Shown one piece after another: positions 10,163 through 20,892 of a stretch of 64,000 bases of DNA. The first letter of the stretch is position 1, and every line of letters begins with the position of its first letter. The position numbers and the translations under genes are program-made. A model generated the notes under the pieces. That model had not been told where the DNA came from. It was given only the letters and a program-made list of their open reading frames with translations, and searched no databases. Location: contig JADJQY010000002.1 in the NCBI GenBank assembly GCA_016712505.1, forward strand, positions 254,203 to 318,202. Direction: 5' to 3'. The DNA is from Candidatus Eiseniibacteriota bacterium (GTDB lineage: Bacteria > Eisenbacteria > RBG-16-71-46 > CAIMUX01).

Positions 10163-10762
10163 ATGAGCCTCAAGCACAAGGCCAACATCGTCAACGATGA
10201 GGAAATGCGGCGCGCGATCGTGCGCATCTCGCACGAGATCGTGGAGCGTAACCGCGGAGTCAAGGATGTCGGCCTGATCGGAATTCGCCGCCGCGGCGTG
10301 CCGCTGGCGGAGCGGATCCGCGATCACATCCAGAGCTTCGAGGGGCTGGAGGTGCCGGTCGGCACGCTCGACATCTCCCTCTATCGCGACGACCTCCAGA
10401 TGCTGGCCGCCCATCCGCTGGTGCGGCCGACCGAGATCCCCTTTGCCATCGACGACCGCATCATCGTGCTGGTCGACGACGTCCTCTACACCGGACGGAC
10501 GGTGCGCGCCGCTCTCGACGCGGTGATGGACTTCGGTCGTCCGCGGGTGATCCAGCTCGCGGTGCTGGTCGATCGCGGCCACCGCGAACTGCCGATCCGG
10601 GCCGACTACGTGGGAAAGAACGTCCCAACCTCGCGGCGGGAGGTGGTCAAGGTCAAGCTCAAGGAGACCGACGAGCACGACGGCGTGGATATCGAGGAGA
10701 TGGCCGACGAGGATCCGCACGGTCGCGGCGATATCTCGCAGATCGGGGGAGGTGCGGCATGA
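10163..10762 (+). CDS. pyrR: bifunctional pyrimidine operon regulator / uracil phosphoribosyltransferase PyrR
   Basis: [22 protein letters not shown].., a [23 protein letters not shown]-binding motif, and its position upstream of pyrB. Confidence 0.9.
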   Translation: MSLKHKANIVNDEEMRRAIVRISHEIVERNRGVKDVGLIGIRRRGVPLAERIRDHIQSFEGLEVPVGTLDISLYRDDLQMLAAHPLVRPTEIPFAIDDRIIVLVDDVLYTGRTVRAALDAVMDFGRPRVIQLAVLVDRGHRELPIRADYVGKNVPTSRREVVKVKLKETDEHDGVDIEEMADEDPHGRGDISQIGGGAA

Positions 10763-11721
10763 CCTTCCGACGGCAACATCTGCTCGGCCTGGAGGATCTC
10801 TCCCGCAATGAGATCCTGCACATCCTCGACACGGCGCGGAGCTTCCGTCAGGTGCTGGAGCGGCCGGTCAAGAAGGTGCCGAGCCTGCGTGGGGTCACCG
10901 TCTGTCTCGCCTTCTACGAGGCCTCGACCCGCACGCGCCTCTCCTTCGAGCTGGCGGCGAAGCGGCTCTCGGCCGACACGATGAACTTTTCCTCCAGCGG
11001 GTCGTCGGTGCAGAAGGGCGAGACCCTGCTCGACACGATCAAGAACATCCAGGCGATGAAGGTCGACATGGTGGTGATCCGGCACAGCTCGAGCGGCGCC
11101 GCCCACTACCTCTCGCGCAACGTCGATGCGCATGTGATCAACGCCGGCGACGGCTTTCACGAGCATCCGACCCAGGGGTTGCTCGACCTCTACACCATGC
11201 GCGATCGCTTCGGAAACCTCGACGGGGTGCGGGTGGCGATCGTGGGTGACATCGCGCACAGCCGCGTGGCCCGGTCGAACATCTGGGGGCTGGTCAAACT
11301 CGGGGCGGAGGTGACACTCGTCGGTCCCCAGACCCTGATGCCGGCGGAGATCGCGAAGACCGGGGTCAAGCGGGTGACCAACTGCCTGGAGGAGGCGCTC
11401 GAAACCTGCCAGGTGGTGAACGTCCTCCGGCTGCAGCTCGAGCGAATGACCAGCGGCTACCTGCCCTCGCTGCGCGAGTACGCGCGGATCTTCGGGGTCG
11501 ACACTCGCCGGATGGAGAAGGCCGCGGACAAGATCATGGTGATGCACCCCGGACCGATGAACCGCGGGGTCGAGATCGATCCGGCGGTGGCCGACGGGCC
11601 GAACTCGGTGATCCTCGACCAGGTGACCAATGGCGTCGCGGTCCGTATGGCGGTGCTGTTCCTCGTCTGGGGCGGGGCTCCGGCGAGTGAAATGGGTTCG
11701 GAGATCGCGCTCCATAAATAG
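10759..11721 (+). CDS. pyrB: aspartate carbamoyltransferase catalytic subunit
   Basis: STRTRLSFE and HPTQGLLD motifs; 320 aa; ATGA overlap with the pyrR stop. Confidence 0.92.
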   Translation: MTFRRQHLLGLEDLSRNEILHILDTARSFRQVLERPVKKVPSLRGVTVCLAFYEASTRTRLSFELAAKRLSADTMNFSSSGSSVQKGETLLDTIKNIQAMKVDMVVIRHSSSGAAHYLSRNVDAHVINAGDGFHEHPTQGLLDLYTMRDRFGNLDGVRVAIVGDIAHSRVARSNIWGLVKLGAEVTLVGPQTLMPAEIAKTGVKRVTNCLEEALETCQVVNVLRLQLERMTSGYLPSLREYARIFGVDTRRMEKAADKIMVMHPGPMNRGVEIDPAVADGPNSVILDQVTNGVAVRMAVLFLVWGGAPASEMGSEIALHK

Positions 11722-11820
11722 CCGGGCGAGCGTGCGACGCGAGCCATCGGGGGACGGGCGAACGATCCAGGTCAGAGCGGCGCAGGGACGAGAGACCCTC
11801 GGCGCCCAGGGGAGGAAACG

Positions 11821-13233
11821 ATGAACCAGCATGGAACCAACGGCAGGCATGGCGGCACGTCCGAACTCGACCTCCGCCCGACGATGCTCCTGCGCAACGT
11901 CCGGGTGGTCGATCCCGATGGATCGGAGAATGGGAATCGCGATCTCCTCTTGCGCGACGGCGTGATCGAGGCGATCGGAGTCCGGCTGGACGCCGGCGGC
12001 GCCCCGAGCATCGATCTGGAGGGGTGCGCGGTCCTGCCCGGTCTGTTCGACATGCATGTCCACCTGCGCGAGCCGGGCGGCGAGGATGCGGAAACGATCG
12101 GCAGCGGGGCGCTCGCCGCGGCGCGGGGCGGGTTCACCGGCCTGGCCTGCATGCCGAACAGCAAGGTTCGCATCGACCAGCGGGCGGTGATCGACCTGGT
12201 ACTCAATCGCGCGCGCGAGGGGTGCGGTACCGCGGTCCACCCGATCGCCGGAGTGACGGTCAACCTCGACGGACAGCAGCTCACCGAGATGATGGAGCTC
12301 AAGGAGGCGGGGGCGGTCGCAGTCTCCGACGACGGGTTCCCGGTCGACTCGAGCGAGGTGATGCGGCGCGGCATGGAGTACGCCCGGATGTGCGGCCTCC
12401 CGGTGCTCGGACATTGCGAGGACCGGGCGCTCAAGGGGAAGGGAGTGATGCACGAGGGGTACTGGTCGACGGTGCTCGGACTGCGCGGAATTCCCGCCGC
12501 CTGTGAGGAGATCGGGATCGCGCGCGACCTGGCCCTGGCTGCCCTGACCGGAGTTCGGTTCCATGTCTGCCATGTCAGTACGCGTCGCGGGGTGGACCTG
12601 GTACGCCAGGCGAAGCAGCGCGGTCTGGCCGTCACCGCGGAGACCGCGCCGCACTACCTGACACTGACCGACGAGTGTCTACGGACCTACGACAGTTCGT
12701 TCAAGATGAACCCCCCGCTCCGGACCTGGGAAGACGTGCAAGCGCTGCGGGCGGCGGTCCTCGACGGGACGATCGACGCCATCGCCACCGACCACGCCCC
12801 CCACACCCCGCTGGCCAAGGATGGAGAACTCGATCTGGCCCCGTTCGGGGTCATCGGGCTCGAGACCTCGCTCGGGGTATCACTCAAGGCGCTGGTGCAC
12901 GAAGAGGGGATGTCGCTCGAGGATCTGGTCCGCCGGATGGCGGTCGCCCCGCGGCGGATTCTCGGCCTGCCCGGGGGATCGCTCCGGATCGGGGAACCGG
13001 CCGACCTTTGCGTCGTAAGCCTGGATGAGGAATGGACGGTCGATCCCTCCCACTTCGCCTCGCTTTCCCGCAACTGCCCGTTCGCGGGATGGAAACTCCG
13101 GGGTAAGGTACTTCTGACCGTGGCCAACGGACGGACCACGCACGCGACGGGGGAACTCGCGTCCTCGGCCGATTCGGATCGGGCGGGTCGCGGATCATTG
13201 CAGGGAGACGTCAACATGGTGTCGAGGTCGTAG
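11821..13233 (+). CDS. pyrC: dihydroorotase
   Basis: DMHVHLREPG and ATDHAPH metal-binding motifs. GGGGAGGA RBS before ATG 11821. Confidence 0.88.
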   Translation: MNQHGTNGRHGGTSELDLRPTMLLRNVRVVDPDGSENGNRDLLLRDGVIEAIGVRLDAGGAPSIDLEGCAVLPGLFDMHVHLREPGGEDAETIGSGALAAARGGFTGLACMPNSKVRIDQRAVIDLVLNRAREGCGTAVHPIAGVTVNLDGQQLTEMMELKEAGAVAVSDDGFPVDSSEVMRRGMEYARMCGLPVLGHCEDRALKGKGVMHEGYWSTVLGLRGIPAACEEIGIARDLALAALTGVRFHVCHVSTRRGVDLVRQAKQRGLAVTAETAPHYLTLTDECLRTYDSSFKMNPPLRTWEDVQALRAAVLDGTIDAIATDHAPHTPLAKDGELDLAPFGVIGLETSLGVSLKALVHEEGMSLEDLVRRMAVAPRRILGLPGGSLRIGEPADLCVVSLDEEWTVDPSHFASLSRNCPFAGWKLRGKVLLTVANGRTTHATGELASSADSDRAGRGSLQGDVNMVSRS

Positions 13234-13235
13234 GT

Positions 13236-15030
13236 TTGAGCGGGTCGGAGTATCCGCGACAGGCCAGCCTGGTCGGGTGCGCGGTGGCATTGCTCCTGCT
13301 CGGTGCGACCGGCTGCGCTTACTTCAATACGTTCTACTTCGCCAAGAAGTACTACGCCGAAGCCGAGCGCAGCCGGAAGAAGACCGAGTCGGACAAACTC
13401 CCACCGGACGCGGAGAAGCGGTACGACGACACGATCAAACAGTGCCGAAAGGTGGTCAATGATCATCCCGGCAGCCGCTGGGCGGATGATGCGGTCTTTC
13501 TCATGGGGGCCTCGTTCTACGGCAAGCGGGACTACGACAAGGCGCTCGACACCTTCGACGATCTGCTCCGCGGATTCGGAACGATCCAAGTTCGCCGCCT
13601 CCGCGCACTACATGAAAGGGCTCTGCTACTTCGAACGACGCGAGTACGCCGAGATGCAACGCTCCTTCGACGAGGCGCTGCGGATCGAGCCGCGCTTCGA
13701 GCGGAAGGACGATATCCTCTTCACCTCGGCCATGGCCGCGGAGCGGGAGCGCAACCGGCCCGAGGCTGTCCGTCGCTATCGCGAGCTGGTGCAGGCCTAC
13801 CGGGGCAGCGAGCGCGGGGACGAGGGGCTGCTGCACATCGGCGATCTCTACTTCGAGGCCACCCGCTACGACAGCGCCGGGCTCGCTTACGAGGAACTCG
13901 GGCGGATGACCCGCAACGACACCTTCTTCCGCGAGTCGCAGATCAAACTCGCCGAAACCTGGGTGCGTCGCCAAAACTCCGAGACGGCAATCGAGCTGCT
14001 GAAACCGCTCCTGCCCAAGGACGAGAAGCAGAACCGGACGGCCGACGACTTTCCCGCGCGGGTGCGGCTGCTCTGGGCGCGAGCGGACAACGACATCGGT
14101 CGGCACGAGGAGGCGCTCGCGCGGCTGCGCGGCGCGGTGGAGCTCTACCCGGCGTCGAACTTCGCCACCGAGGCACAGTTCCAGGTCGGCTATACCTACG
14201 AGGTCTACCTCGATTCGCTCGAGTCGGCGCGTAAGGCGTACGACCAGGCGGCCAAGATGTCGGCCAAGAGCGTCTTCCGGGAGCAGGCGCAGATCCGGCT
14301 GAACAACCTCAACGCGCTCCAGGACCTGAGGTCGCGGATCAGCGAAACGGGCAACACCGACCGTGAGCAGCAGGCAACCGCGGCCCTCAAGATCGCCGAG
14401 CTGTTCCTCTTCGCCCAGGATGAGAACGACGAGGCGCTGGCCAAGTATCGCGAAGTGGTACGCGACTACGGTGACACCAAGGCGGCCCCCCGGGCGGCCT
14501 ACGGCGCGGCCTGGATGCGGCTCAAACGGTACGAGGGAGCACGGGATAGCGCGCTGAGTGAATTCGCCGGGGTGATCCGCACCTATCCCGCGAGCCAGCA
14601 AGCCCGATCCGCGCTGGAAATCCTGGCGGCCGAGGGGGCCGACACCGTCGGGCTTGGCGGCTTGCTGGAGGAAGTCCGTCCCGACACGCTGGCCGCCCTG
14701 CCCAGCCTGCCCGAGCCCCCGGACACCAGTCGCGCCGGGGTGTCTGCCTCGCCGCTCGAAGGCGATTCGCTCGCCACCGGCGACGAAGAACTGGACGACA
14801 TCCGGCGCCGTGGGGCACGCAGTCGCGATCCGCGCGCGACACAGCTTTCGCCGATCCTCGACCCGGCCAAGCACGACTCGATCGCCGCAGCGCGCGCCGC
14901 CCAGCGCCGCGGGGCGCGTCCGCCAGGGCCAGGGACCGTTGCTCCGGACAGTCTGGTCAATCCGGACAGGGTGGTTACTCCAGGGGAGGTGCCGCCCGAC
15001 TCTTCGAAGGTCCCGGGGGGGGAGCCGTGA
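13236..15030 (+). CDS. TPR-repeat lipoprotein (BamD/YbgF-like) embedded in the pyr operon; apparent single-base frame break
   Basis: Lipobox LLLLGATGC. TPR-like repeats run throughout. The ORF 13236.. frame is sensible to ..DTFDDLLRGF, and the ORF 13303..15030 frame is sensible from SKFAASAHYMKGLCYF. The break lies near 13578-13590. The stop overlaps the pyrK GTG (GTGA). Confidence 0.6.
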
Positions 15031-15863
15031 GTTCGACCGATCGCTGTCTGCCGAAGACTCCGAGCATTGCGCGGATCGTCTCCAACCAGCATCTGAGCGG
15101 CGGGATCTACCGCGCGCTCCTCCGCATGGCCGACGATTGGGGCCCCTCGCTGCCGGGGCAGTTCGTGCAGGTAGAGTGCCCGCCGCGCGAGGCCTTTGCC
15201 ATGTGGCGCCCGTTCAGCATCTCGCGTTTCCGGGCCGAGCGCCACGAACTCGAGCTGGTCTACGGCGTGGTTGGACTTCGCACCCTACGCCTGTCCGAAC
15301 TGACCGCAGGCGAGGAACTCTGCCTCATCGGTCCGCTCGGTCGCGGTTTCGAGGCGGTCAGCGGGAGACGACCGATCTTGATCGGCGGCGGACGCGGCAT
15401 CGCGCCGATGATCGGTCTGGCCGAGCGCTGGCGAGAGAGCCTGCCCGACGGCCGGATCCTGTACGGCGCCCGCAGTCGCGATCTCCTGATCCCGATCGAT
15501 GACCCGCCCTACGCGGTCTGGCTGGCCACTGAAGACGGGAGTGCGGGGTTCAAGGGCAATGTGATCGAACTCCTCGAGGCGGCGATCGCCCGCCGGGAGA
15601 TCGATCCGGCCACGATCGCGCTCTACGCCTGCGGGCCGAATCGAATGCTGGCCGCGCTCTCCGTCTGGGCCGAGTCGCGCGGAGTGCCTTGCCTGGTGTC
15701 GCTCGAGACCCACTTCGGCTGCGGCGTCGGGATCTGCGCCGGCTGCGCGGTGCCGGTGCGCCCGCGCGACGGGGAGGATGCCTTTGCCCGCTACCGCTTC
15801 GCCTGCGTCGAAGGTCCGGTGATGGACGGGACGCGGGTCGAGTGGGAAGGAGTGGCGGAATGA
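15027..15863 (+). CDS. pyrK: dihydroorotate dehydrogenase electron-transfer subunit
   Basis: An FAD/NAD-binding ferredoxin-reductase-like fold, a C-terminal 2Fe-2S cluster motif (CGVGICAGCAV...C), and its position before pyrD. Confidence 0.85.
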   Translation: MSSTDRCLPKTPSIARIVSNQHLSGGIYRALLRMADDWGPSLPGQFVQVECPPREAFAMWRPFSISRFRAERHELELVYGVVGLRTLRLSELTAGEELCLIGPLGRGFEAVSGRRPILIGGGRGIAPMIGLAERWRESLPDGRILYGARSRDLLIPIDDPPYAVWLATEDGSAGFKGNVIELLEAAIARREIDPATIALYACGPNRMLAALSVWAESRGVPCLVSLETHFGCGVGICAGCAVPVRPRDGEDAFARYRFACVEGPVMDGTRVEWEGVAE

Positions 15864-16810
15864 GCGCCGAGCGTCCCCCGGAGGAACGGGTGATCGACCT
15901 CGGAGTCGAGCTCGGCCCGGTCCGCCTGCCCAATCCGGTGCTGGTCGCGTCCGGCACCTTCGGCTACGGCAACGAGGCGGTCGACCTGACCCGCGTCCGT
16001 GCGTTGGGCGGGATCGTGACCAAGACGGTGACCCTCGAGCCGCGCTCCGGCAACGCCGCACCGCGCCTGCACGAGACTCCCTCGGGGATGATCAACTCGA
16101 TCGGGCTGCAAAACGTCGGCATCGAGCGGTTCATCGCGGTCAAGCTGCCCGAACTGCTCGCCCTCGGCGTGCCGATCATCGTCTCGATCGGCGGCCGCCG
16201 GGTGGAGGAGTTCCAGGAGGTAGCGCGGCGACTCGAGGAGACCAGCGGCATCGCCGCGCTGGAGATCAACGTCTCCTGCCCCAACGTGAAGGAGGGGGGA
16301 CTCGAGTTCTGTCAGAATCCCGCCTCGGCCGCCGCAGTGATCGAGGGGGTCCGTCAGGTCACGCGCCTCGCGCTGTGGGCCAAGCTGAGCCCGAACACCT
16401 CCTCGATCGGAACCTTGGCCCGGGCCTGCGAGGAGGCCGGGGCGGATGGCCTGACCGCGGTCAACACCTTCGTGGCCCTCGCGGTCGACATCCACAGCCG
16501 CGCTCCGATCATACCCAGCGGCACGGGCGGGCTCTCCGGGCCCGCGATCCGCCCGATCGCCCTGGCCAAGGCACGTGAGGTGGTACGCCACACGAAGTTG
16601 CCGGTCATCGGCGTGGGCGGAATCGCCTCGGCCGCCGACGCGCTGGAATTCCTGATCATCGGGGCGCGTGCGGTGCAGGTAGGCACGGCGAGCTTCCCCC
16701 GCCCCTGGCTGGCCGCCGAGGTGGTGGACGGGATCGGACGCTTCCTCCGCGAGGAGGGGGAGACCACCCTTGCCGAACTGATCGGTTCCTATCGCGACCC
16801 GCGCGCCTAG
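15860..16810 (+). CDS. pyrD: dihydroorotate dehydrogenase B catalytic subunit
   Basis: ATG 15860 overlaps the pyrK TGA. LPNPVLVASGTFGYG, EINVSCPN and GGLSGPAIRPIAL motifs are present. Confidence 0.9.
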   Translation: MSAERPPEERVIDLGVELGPVRLPNPVLVASGTFGYGNEAVDLTRVRALGGIVTKTVTLEPRSGNAAPRLHETPSGMINSIGLQNVGIERFIAVKLPELLALGVPIIVSIGGRRVEEFQEVARRLEETSGIAALEINVSCPNVKEGGLEFCQNPASAAAVIEGVRQVTRLALWAKLSPNTSSIGTLARACEEAGADGLTAVNTFVALAVDIHSRAPIIPSGTGGLSGPAIRPIALAKAREVVRHTKLPVIGVGGIASAADALEFLIIGARAVQVGTASFPRPWLAAEVVDGIGRFLREEGETTLAELIGSYRDPRA

Positions 16811-16855
16811 TGGCGCGGCGCGGGTTTCCTGACCCCCGAAGAGAAGGGAGACGCG

Positions 16856-17608
16856 TTGAATCTCGTATCTCAGACCCCCTCCGGAACGACCCCTCCCATG
16901 GCCCCCGCCGGACCTGAGCGTCCGCGCGAGGCGCGCGAGCGACTGATCGTCGCCCTCGACTACCCGTCGGGGGGCGAGGCGCTCGCGCTCGTCGATCGCT
17001 TGGGAGAGGAGGTGATCTGGTACAAGGTCGGGATGGAGCTGTTCTACGCCGAAGGCGCGCCGCTGGTGCACGCACTCACGGCGCGGGGCAAACGTCTCTT
17101 CCTCGATCTGAAGCTCCACGACATCCCCAACACCATGAGTTCCGCCCTGCGCAGCTTGTCACGGCTCAAGGTCGGGCTCACCACGGTGCACGTGCCGGCC
17201 GGTCGCGAAGCGTTGCTCGCGGTTGCCGCCGTGGCGCGCAGTCTCCCTCCGGGCGAGGCCCCGGGGCTCCTCGGGGTCACACGCCTCACCAGTCTGCCCG
17301 CACCGGATCCGGAGCGTCCGTGGGACGATGTGGTGAGCCTGGCCGGCCTGGCGGCGGCGTGCGGGCTGTACGGCTGGATCGCTCCGGCCCCGGCTGCACG
17401 GCCGCTTCGTGCCGCCCATGGGGCAGGCCCCGCCTTGATCTGTCCCGGGATCCGGCTTCCGGAGAACGACCGCGCCGATCAGGTGGCCGTCGGAACCCCG
17501 GAAGACGCCCGCGAGGGAGGGGCGGACTGGATCGTGGTCGGTCGCCCGATCACTCAGGCGGTCGATCCGACCGCGGCGGCCCGGGACGTGATCCGCAGAC
17601 TGGCCTGA
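16856..17608 (+). CDS. pyrF: orotidine 5'-phosphate decarboxylase
   Basis: LIVALDYPS..., WYKVGMELF and FLDLKLHDIPNT motifs. TTG start with a GAAGGGAG RBS; an alternative ATG lies at 16898. Confidence 0.88.
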   Translation: MNLVSQTPSGTTPPMAPAGPERPREARERLIVALDYPSGGEALALVDRLGEEVIWYKVGMELFYAEGAPLVHALTARGKRLFLDLKLHDIPNTMSSALRSLSRLKVGLTTVHVPAGREALLAVAAVARSLPPGEAPGLLGVTRLTSLPAPDPERPWDDVVSLAGLAAACGLYGWIAPAPAARPLRAAHGAGPALICPGIRLPENDRADQVAVGTPEDAREGGADWIVVGRPITQAVDPTAAARDVIRRLA

Positions 17609-17786
17609 CCTCGGGCCCTGGCCCCGCGAAGATGAAAGATGAACGCCGCGGCGGCCCAATGGTAGGTTTGCCGTCGGTTTGTCGCCGGGGAGGGCTCGCG
17701 GGAGCCCCGTTTCCCCGTGAACGAGAACAGAGCCCGATCGGGCGGCGCGGTCGCGCACGCCCCGGGTGAACGAAAGGCTTAGCGGA

Positions 17787-19286
17787 ATGCAAAAGATCGC
17801 GGTCATCGGGACCGGCTATGTCGGCCTCGTCACTGGCGCATGCCTGGCGGATTTCGGCAATCGGGTCATCTGCGTCGATCAGGTGGAGTCGAAGATCGCT
17901 GCCTTGAACGCGGGCAAGCTCCCGTTCTACGAGTTTTCCCTGGGCGAGATCGTCGAGCGGAACGTGCGCGAAGGGCGCCTCCTCTTCAGCTCCGATCTGG
18001 CGGAAGCGATCCGGAGCAGCAAGGTGATCTTCACCGCGGTCGGCACGCCGCCCGGGAAGGACGGCCAGGCCGACCTGTCGCAGGTCTGGACCGTCGCCCG
18101 CACCATCGCTCAGCACCTGAACGGCTACAAGGTGGTGGTGCAGAAGAGCACGGTCCCGGTCGGCACCGGGCAGCAGGTGCGTCGCATCATCATGGAGAGC
18201 CTGAAGAAGCGGATTCCCTTTGATGTCGCGAGCAATCCGGAGTTCCTGCGCGAGGGGAGCGCGGTCGAGGACTTCATGCGCCCCAACCGCGTGGTGATCG
18301 GCACCTGGAGCAAGCAGGCCGAGCAGACCCTGTCGGAGATCTACCGCCCGCTCTATCTCAACGAAACGCCGATGGTGAAGACCACGGTGGAGACCGCGGA
18401 GCTGATCAAGTACGCCTCGAACGCCTTCCTCGCGACCAAGATCTCCTTCATCAACGAGATGGCGAATCTCTGCGAGGTGGTGGGGGCCGACGTCAAGACG
18501 GTGTCGCGCGCGATGGGGCTCGATAACCGCATCGGCTCGAAGTTCCTCCACGCCGGTCCGGGCTACGGCGGGTCGTGCTTTCCCAAGGACACCCTCGCCC
18601 TGGCCAGCTTCAGCCGCGAGTTCGGCACGCCAAGCCGCATCGTCGAGGCCACGATCGAGGTGAACGAGCAGCAACGGGTGCGGATGCTGGAGAAGCTTCA
18701 GACCTTGCTCAAGAACTTCAAGGGGAAGGAGATCGCGGTCCTCGGGCTCTCCTTCAAGCCGCAGACCGACGACGTGCGCGATTCGGTCGCGCTCGATCTG
18801 ATCCGGATGCTGCAGAAGCGTGGGGCCAAGGTGCGGGCCTTCGATCCCGTCGCGATGGAGAAGGCCGCCGAGGAGCTGAAGCAGGTGAAGTTCTGCGACG
18901 ACTCCTACATCGCGGCCAAGGGGGCCGACGCCCTGGTCATCGCGACCGAGTGGAACGAGTTCCGCATGCTCGACCTGAACAAGATCAAACGCAGCATGCG
19001 CACCCCGGTGGTGCTCGACTGCCGCAACATCTACGACCCGGCGAAGCTGGAGTCGATGGGGTTCAAGTACTCCGGGGTCGGGCGTGGTCGGCACCAGGAG
19101 GACGCGAAGGGGAAGAGCCGGGCGCGGAAGCCGGCGACCCGGACCAGCGCCAAGTCCGCGCCGGCCCCGAAGCGGGCGGCGCGCGCGCCCAAGCAGGCGG
19201 CACGCGGGCCCAAGAAGGCCGCGCGACGCGCAGCGAGCCCCAACCCAACCCGCCGCAACTTCGGCCGACAGGAGGGTGGACGTTGA
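17787..19286 (+). CDS. ugd: UDP-glucose 6-dehydrogenase with unusual ~65-aa Lys/Ala/Arg/Pro-rich C-terminal tail
   Basis: MQKIAVIGTGYVGLVTGACLA Rossmann start and a GGSCFPKD catalytic Cys motif. The tail reads KGKSRARKPATRTSAKSAPAPKRAARAPKQAARGPKKAARR. Confidence 0.88.
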   Translation: MQKIAVIGTGYVGLVTGACLADFGNRVICVDQVESKIAALNAGKLPFYEFSLGEIVERNVREGRLLFSSDLAEAIRSSKVIFTAVGTPPGKDGQADLSQVWTVARTIAQHLNGYKVVVQKSTVPVGTGQQVRRIIMESLKKRIPFDVASNPEFLREGSAVEDFMRPNRVVIGTWSKQAEQTLSEIYRPLYLNETPMVKTTVETAELIKYASNAFLATKISFINEMANLCEVVGADVKTVSRAMGLDNRIGSKFLHAGPGYGGSCFPKDTLALASFSREFGTPSRIVEATIEVNEQQRVRMLEKLQTLLKNFKGKEIAVLGLSFKPQTDDVRDSVALDLIRMLQKRGAKVRAFDPVAMEKAAEELKQVKFCDDSYIAAKGADALVIATEWNEFRMLDLNKIKRSMRTPVVLDCRNIYDPAKLESMGFKYSGVGRGRHQEDAKGKSRARKPATRTSAKSAPAPKRAARAPKQAARGPKKAARRAASPNPTRRNFGRQEGGR

Positions 19287-19738
19287 TCGATGGCGTGGTG
19301 GTGAAGCCGCTCAAGGTGATCCCCGACGAGCGCGGCTACCTGATGGAGATCTTCCGCGACGACGATCCGTTCTTCCGGAAGTTCGGCCAAGCGTATCTGA
19401 CCGTCGTCTATCCCGGGGTGGTCAAGGGGTGGCACTACCACAAGGTCCAGGACGATCATTTCTGCGTGGTCAAGGGAATGTCGAAGGTCGTGCTCTACGA
19501 CCTGCGCGAAGGCTCCCCGACCAAGGGTGAAGTGAACGAGTTCTTCATGGGGGAGAAGAATCCGATCCTGCTGCTCATCCCCCACGGAGTCCTGCACGGG
19601 ATGAAGGGGGTCGGCGTGGAGCCGGCCCTCCTGCTCAACATTCCGACCGAGCACTACGACTACAAGGACCCCGACGAGTATCGGGTCCATCCGCACGACA
19701 ACGACATTCCCTACGACTGGGAACGAAAGGACGGATAG
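19283..19738 (+). CDS. RmlC-like cupin (dTDP-4-dehydrorhamnose 3,5-epimerase family)
   Basis: TTG 19283 follows a GGAGGG RBS and overlaps the ugd TGA. The sequence VIPDERGYLMEIFR...GWHYHKVQDDHFCVVKG is typical of short RmlC-type cupins. Confidence 0.7.
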   Translation: MIDGVVVKPLKVIPDERGYLMEIFRDDDPFFRKFGQAYLTVVYPGVVKGWHYHKVQDDHFCVVKGMSKVVLYDLREGSPTKGEVNEFFMGEKNPILLLIPHGVLHGMKGVGVEPALLLNIPTEHYDYKDPDEYRVHPHDNDIPYDWERKDG

Positions 19739-20764
19739 GTGAGACCGGTCGAAACGGGCCGCTACCTGGTGACCGGTGGGGCCGGTTTCATCGGGACCAA
19801 CTTCGTGCACGAGTGCCTGCGCCGCCATCCCCAGGCGCAGGTCACGGTGCTGGACAAGCTCACCTACGCCGGGAATCCGCGGAACCTCGATCCGGTGCGG
19901 AACGATCCCCGCTTCCGCTTCGTCCAGGGGGACATCGCCGATGCCGCGATCGTCGAGCCGTTGATCGCCGAGGGGTTCGACTTCGTCATCAACTTCGCCG
20001 CCGAGACCCACGTCGACCGTTCGATCGGCGACCCCGCCTCCTTCGTCAAGACCGACGTCTTCGGCGTCTATACCCTGCTCGAAGCGGTGCGCAAGCACCC
20101 CGTCTCGCTCTTCGTCCAGATCTCGACCGACGAGGTCTACGGTGAGATCCTCGACGGGGCGGCGACCGAGCAGTCGCCGCTCCTGCCCCGGAATCCCTAC
20201 TCCGCTTCGAAGGCGGGCGGGGATCGTCTGGCCTACTCCTACTGGGCCACCTACGACATCCCGGTGGCGATCACGCGGTGTTCGAACAACTACGGACCGT
20301 ACCAGTATCCGGAAAAGCTGGTCCCGCTCTTTGTCACCAATGCCCTGCAGGGGGAGAAACTGCCGGTCTACGGATCGGGGAAGAACACGCGGGATTGGAT
20401 CCACGCCCTCGACCACGTCAATGCCATCTTCCACATCCTGGCCGCGGACGGCGTCGAGGGGGAGGTCTGGAACATCGGGGCGGAGAACGAGCGGAGCGTG
20501 CTCGAGATCGGCGGGGAGCTGCTCCGGCTGCTGGGCAAGACGGATGCGCTCCTGGCCTCGGTGGTCGACCGTCCGGGCCACGATCGGCGGTACGCCGTCG
20601 ACTCGTCGAAGCTGCGGGCCAAGACCGGCTGGAAGTGCGAGGTTCCGTTCGAGCAGGGACTCGCCGAGACGGTTCGCTGGTACGAGGAGAATGCCGACTG
20701 GTGGCGCCCGCTCAAGAGCGGGGAGTTCCTCGACTACTACAAGCGCAACTACAAGTTCCTTTGA
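19739..20764 (+). CDS. rfbB: dTDP-glucose 4,6-dehydratase
   Basis: VTGGAGFIGTNFV, a YSASKAGGD catalytic YxxxK, and RCSNNYGPYQ. Confidence 0.9.
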   Translation: MRPVETGRYLVTGGAGFIGTNFVHECLRRHPQAQVTVLDKLTYAGNPRNLDPVRNDPRFRFVQGDIADAAIVEPLIAEGFDFVINFAAETHVDRSIGDPASFVKTDVFGVYTLLEAVRKHPVSLFVQISTDEVYGEILDGAATEQSPLLPRNPYSASKAGGDRLAYSYWATYDIPVAITRCSNNYGPYQYPEKLVPLFVTNALQGEKLPVYGSGKNTRDWIHALDHVNAIFHILAADGVEGEVWNIGAENERSVLEIGGELLRLLGKTDALLASVVDRPGHDRRYAVDSSKLRAKTGWKCEVPFEQGLAETVRWYEENADWWRPLKSGEFLDYYKRNYKFL

Positions 20765-20892
20765 CCGGGCGCTCCAGGCATGAGCCCGGGGGACGCGCCG
20801 AAGACGGCCCAGGGGGCGCCGCCATCGGAGGAGCCGACCCCCAAGTCAAGGCGGGCCCAGAAGCCCCGGGATTCCCGGATCCGAGATCGGCG

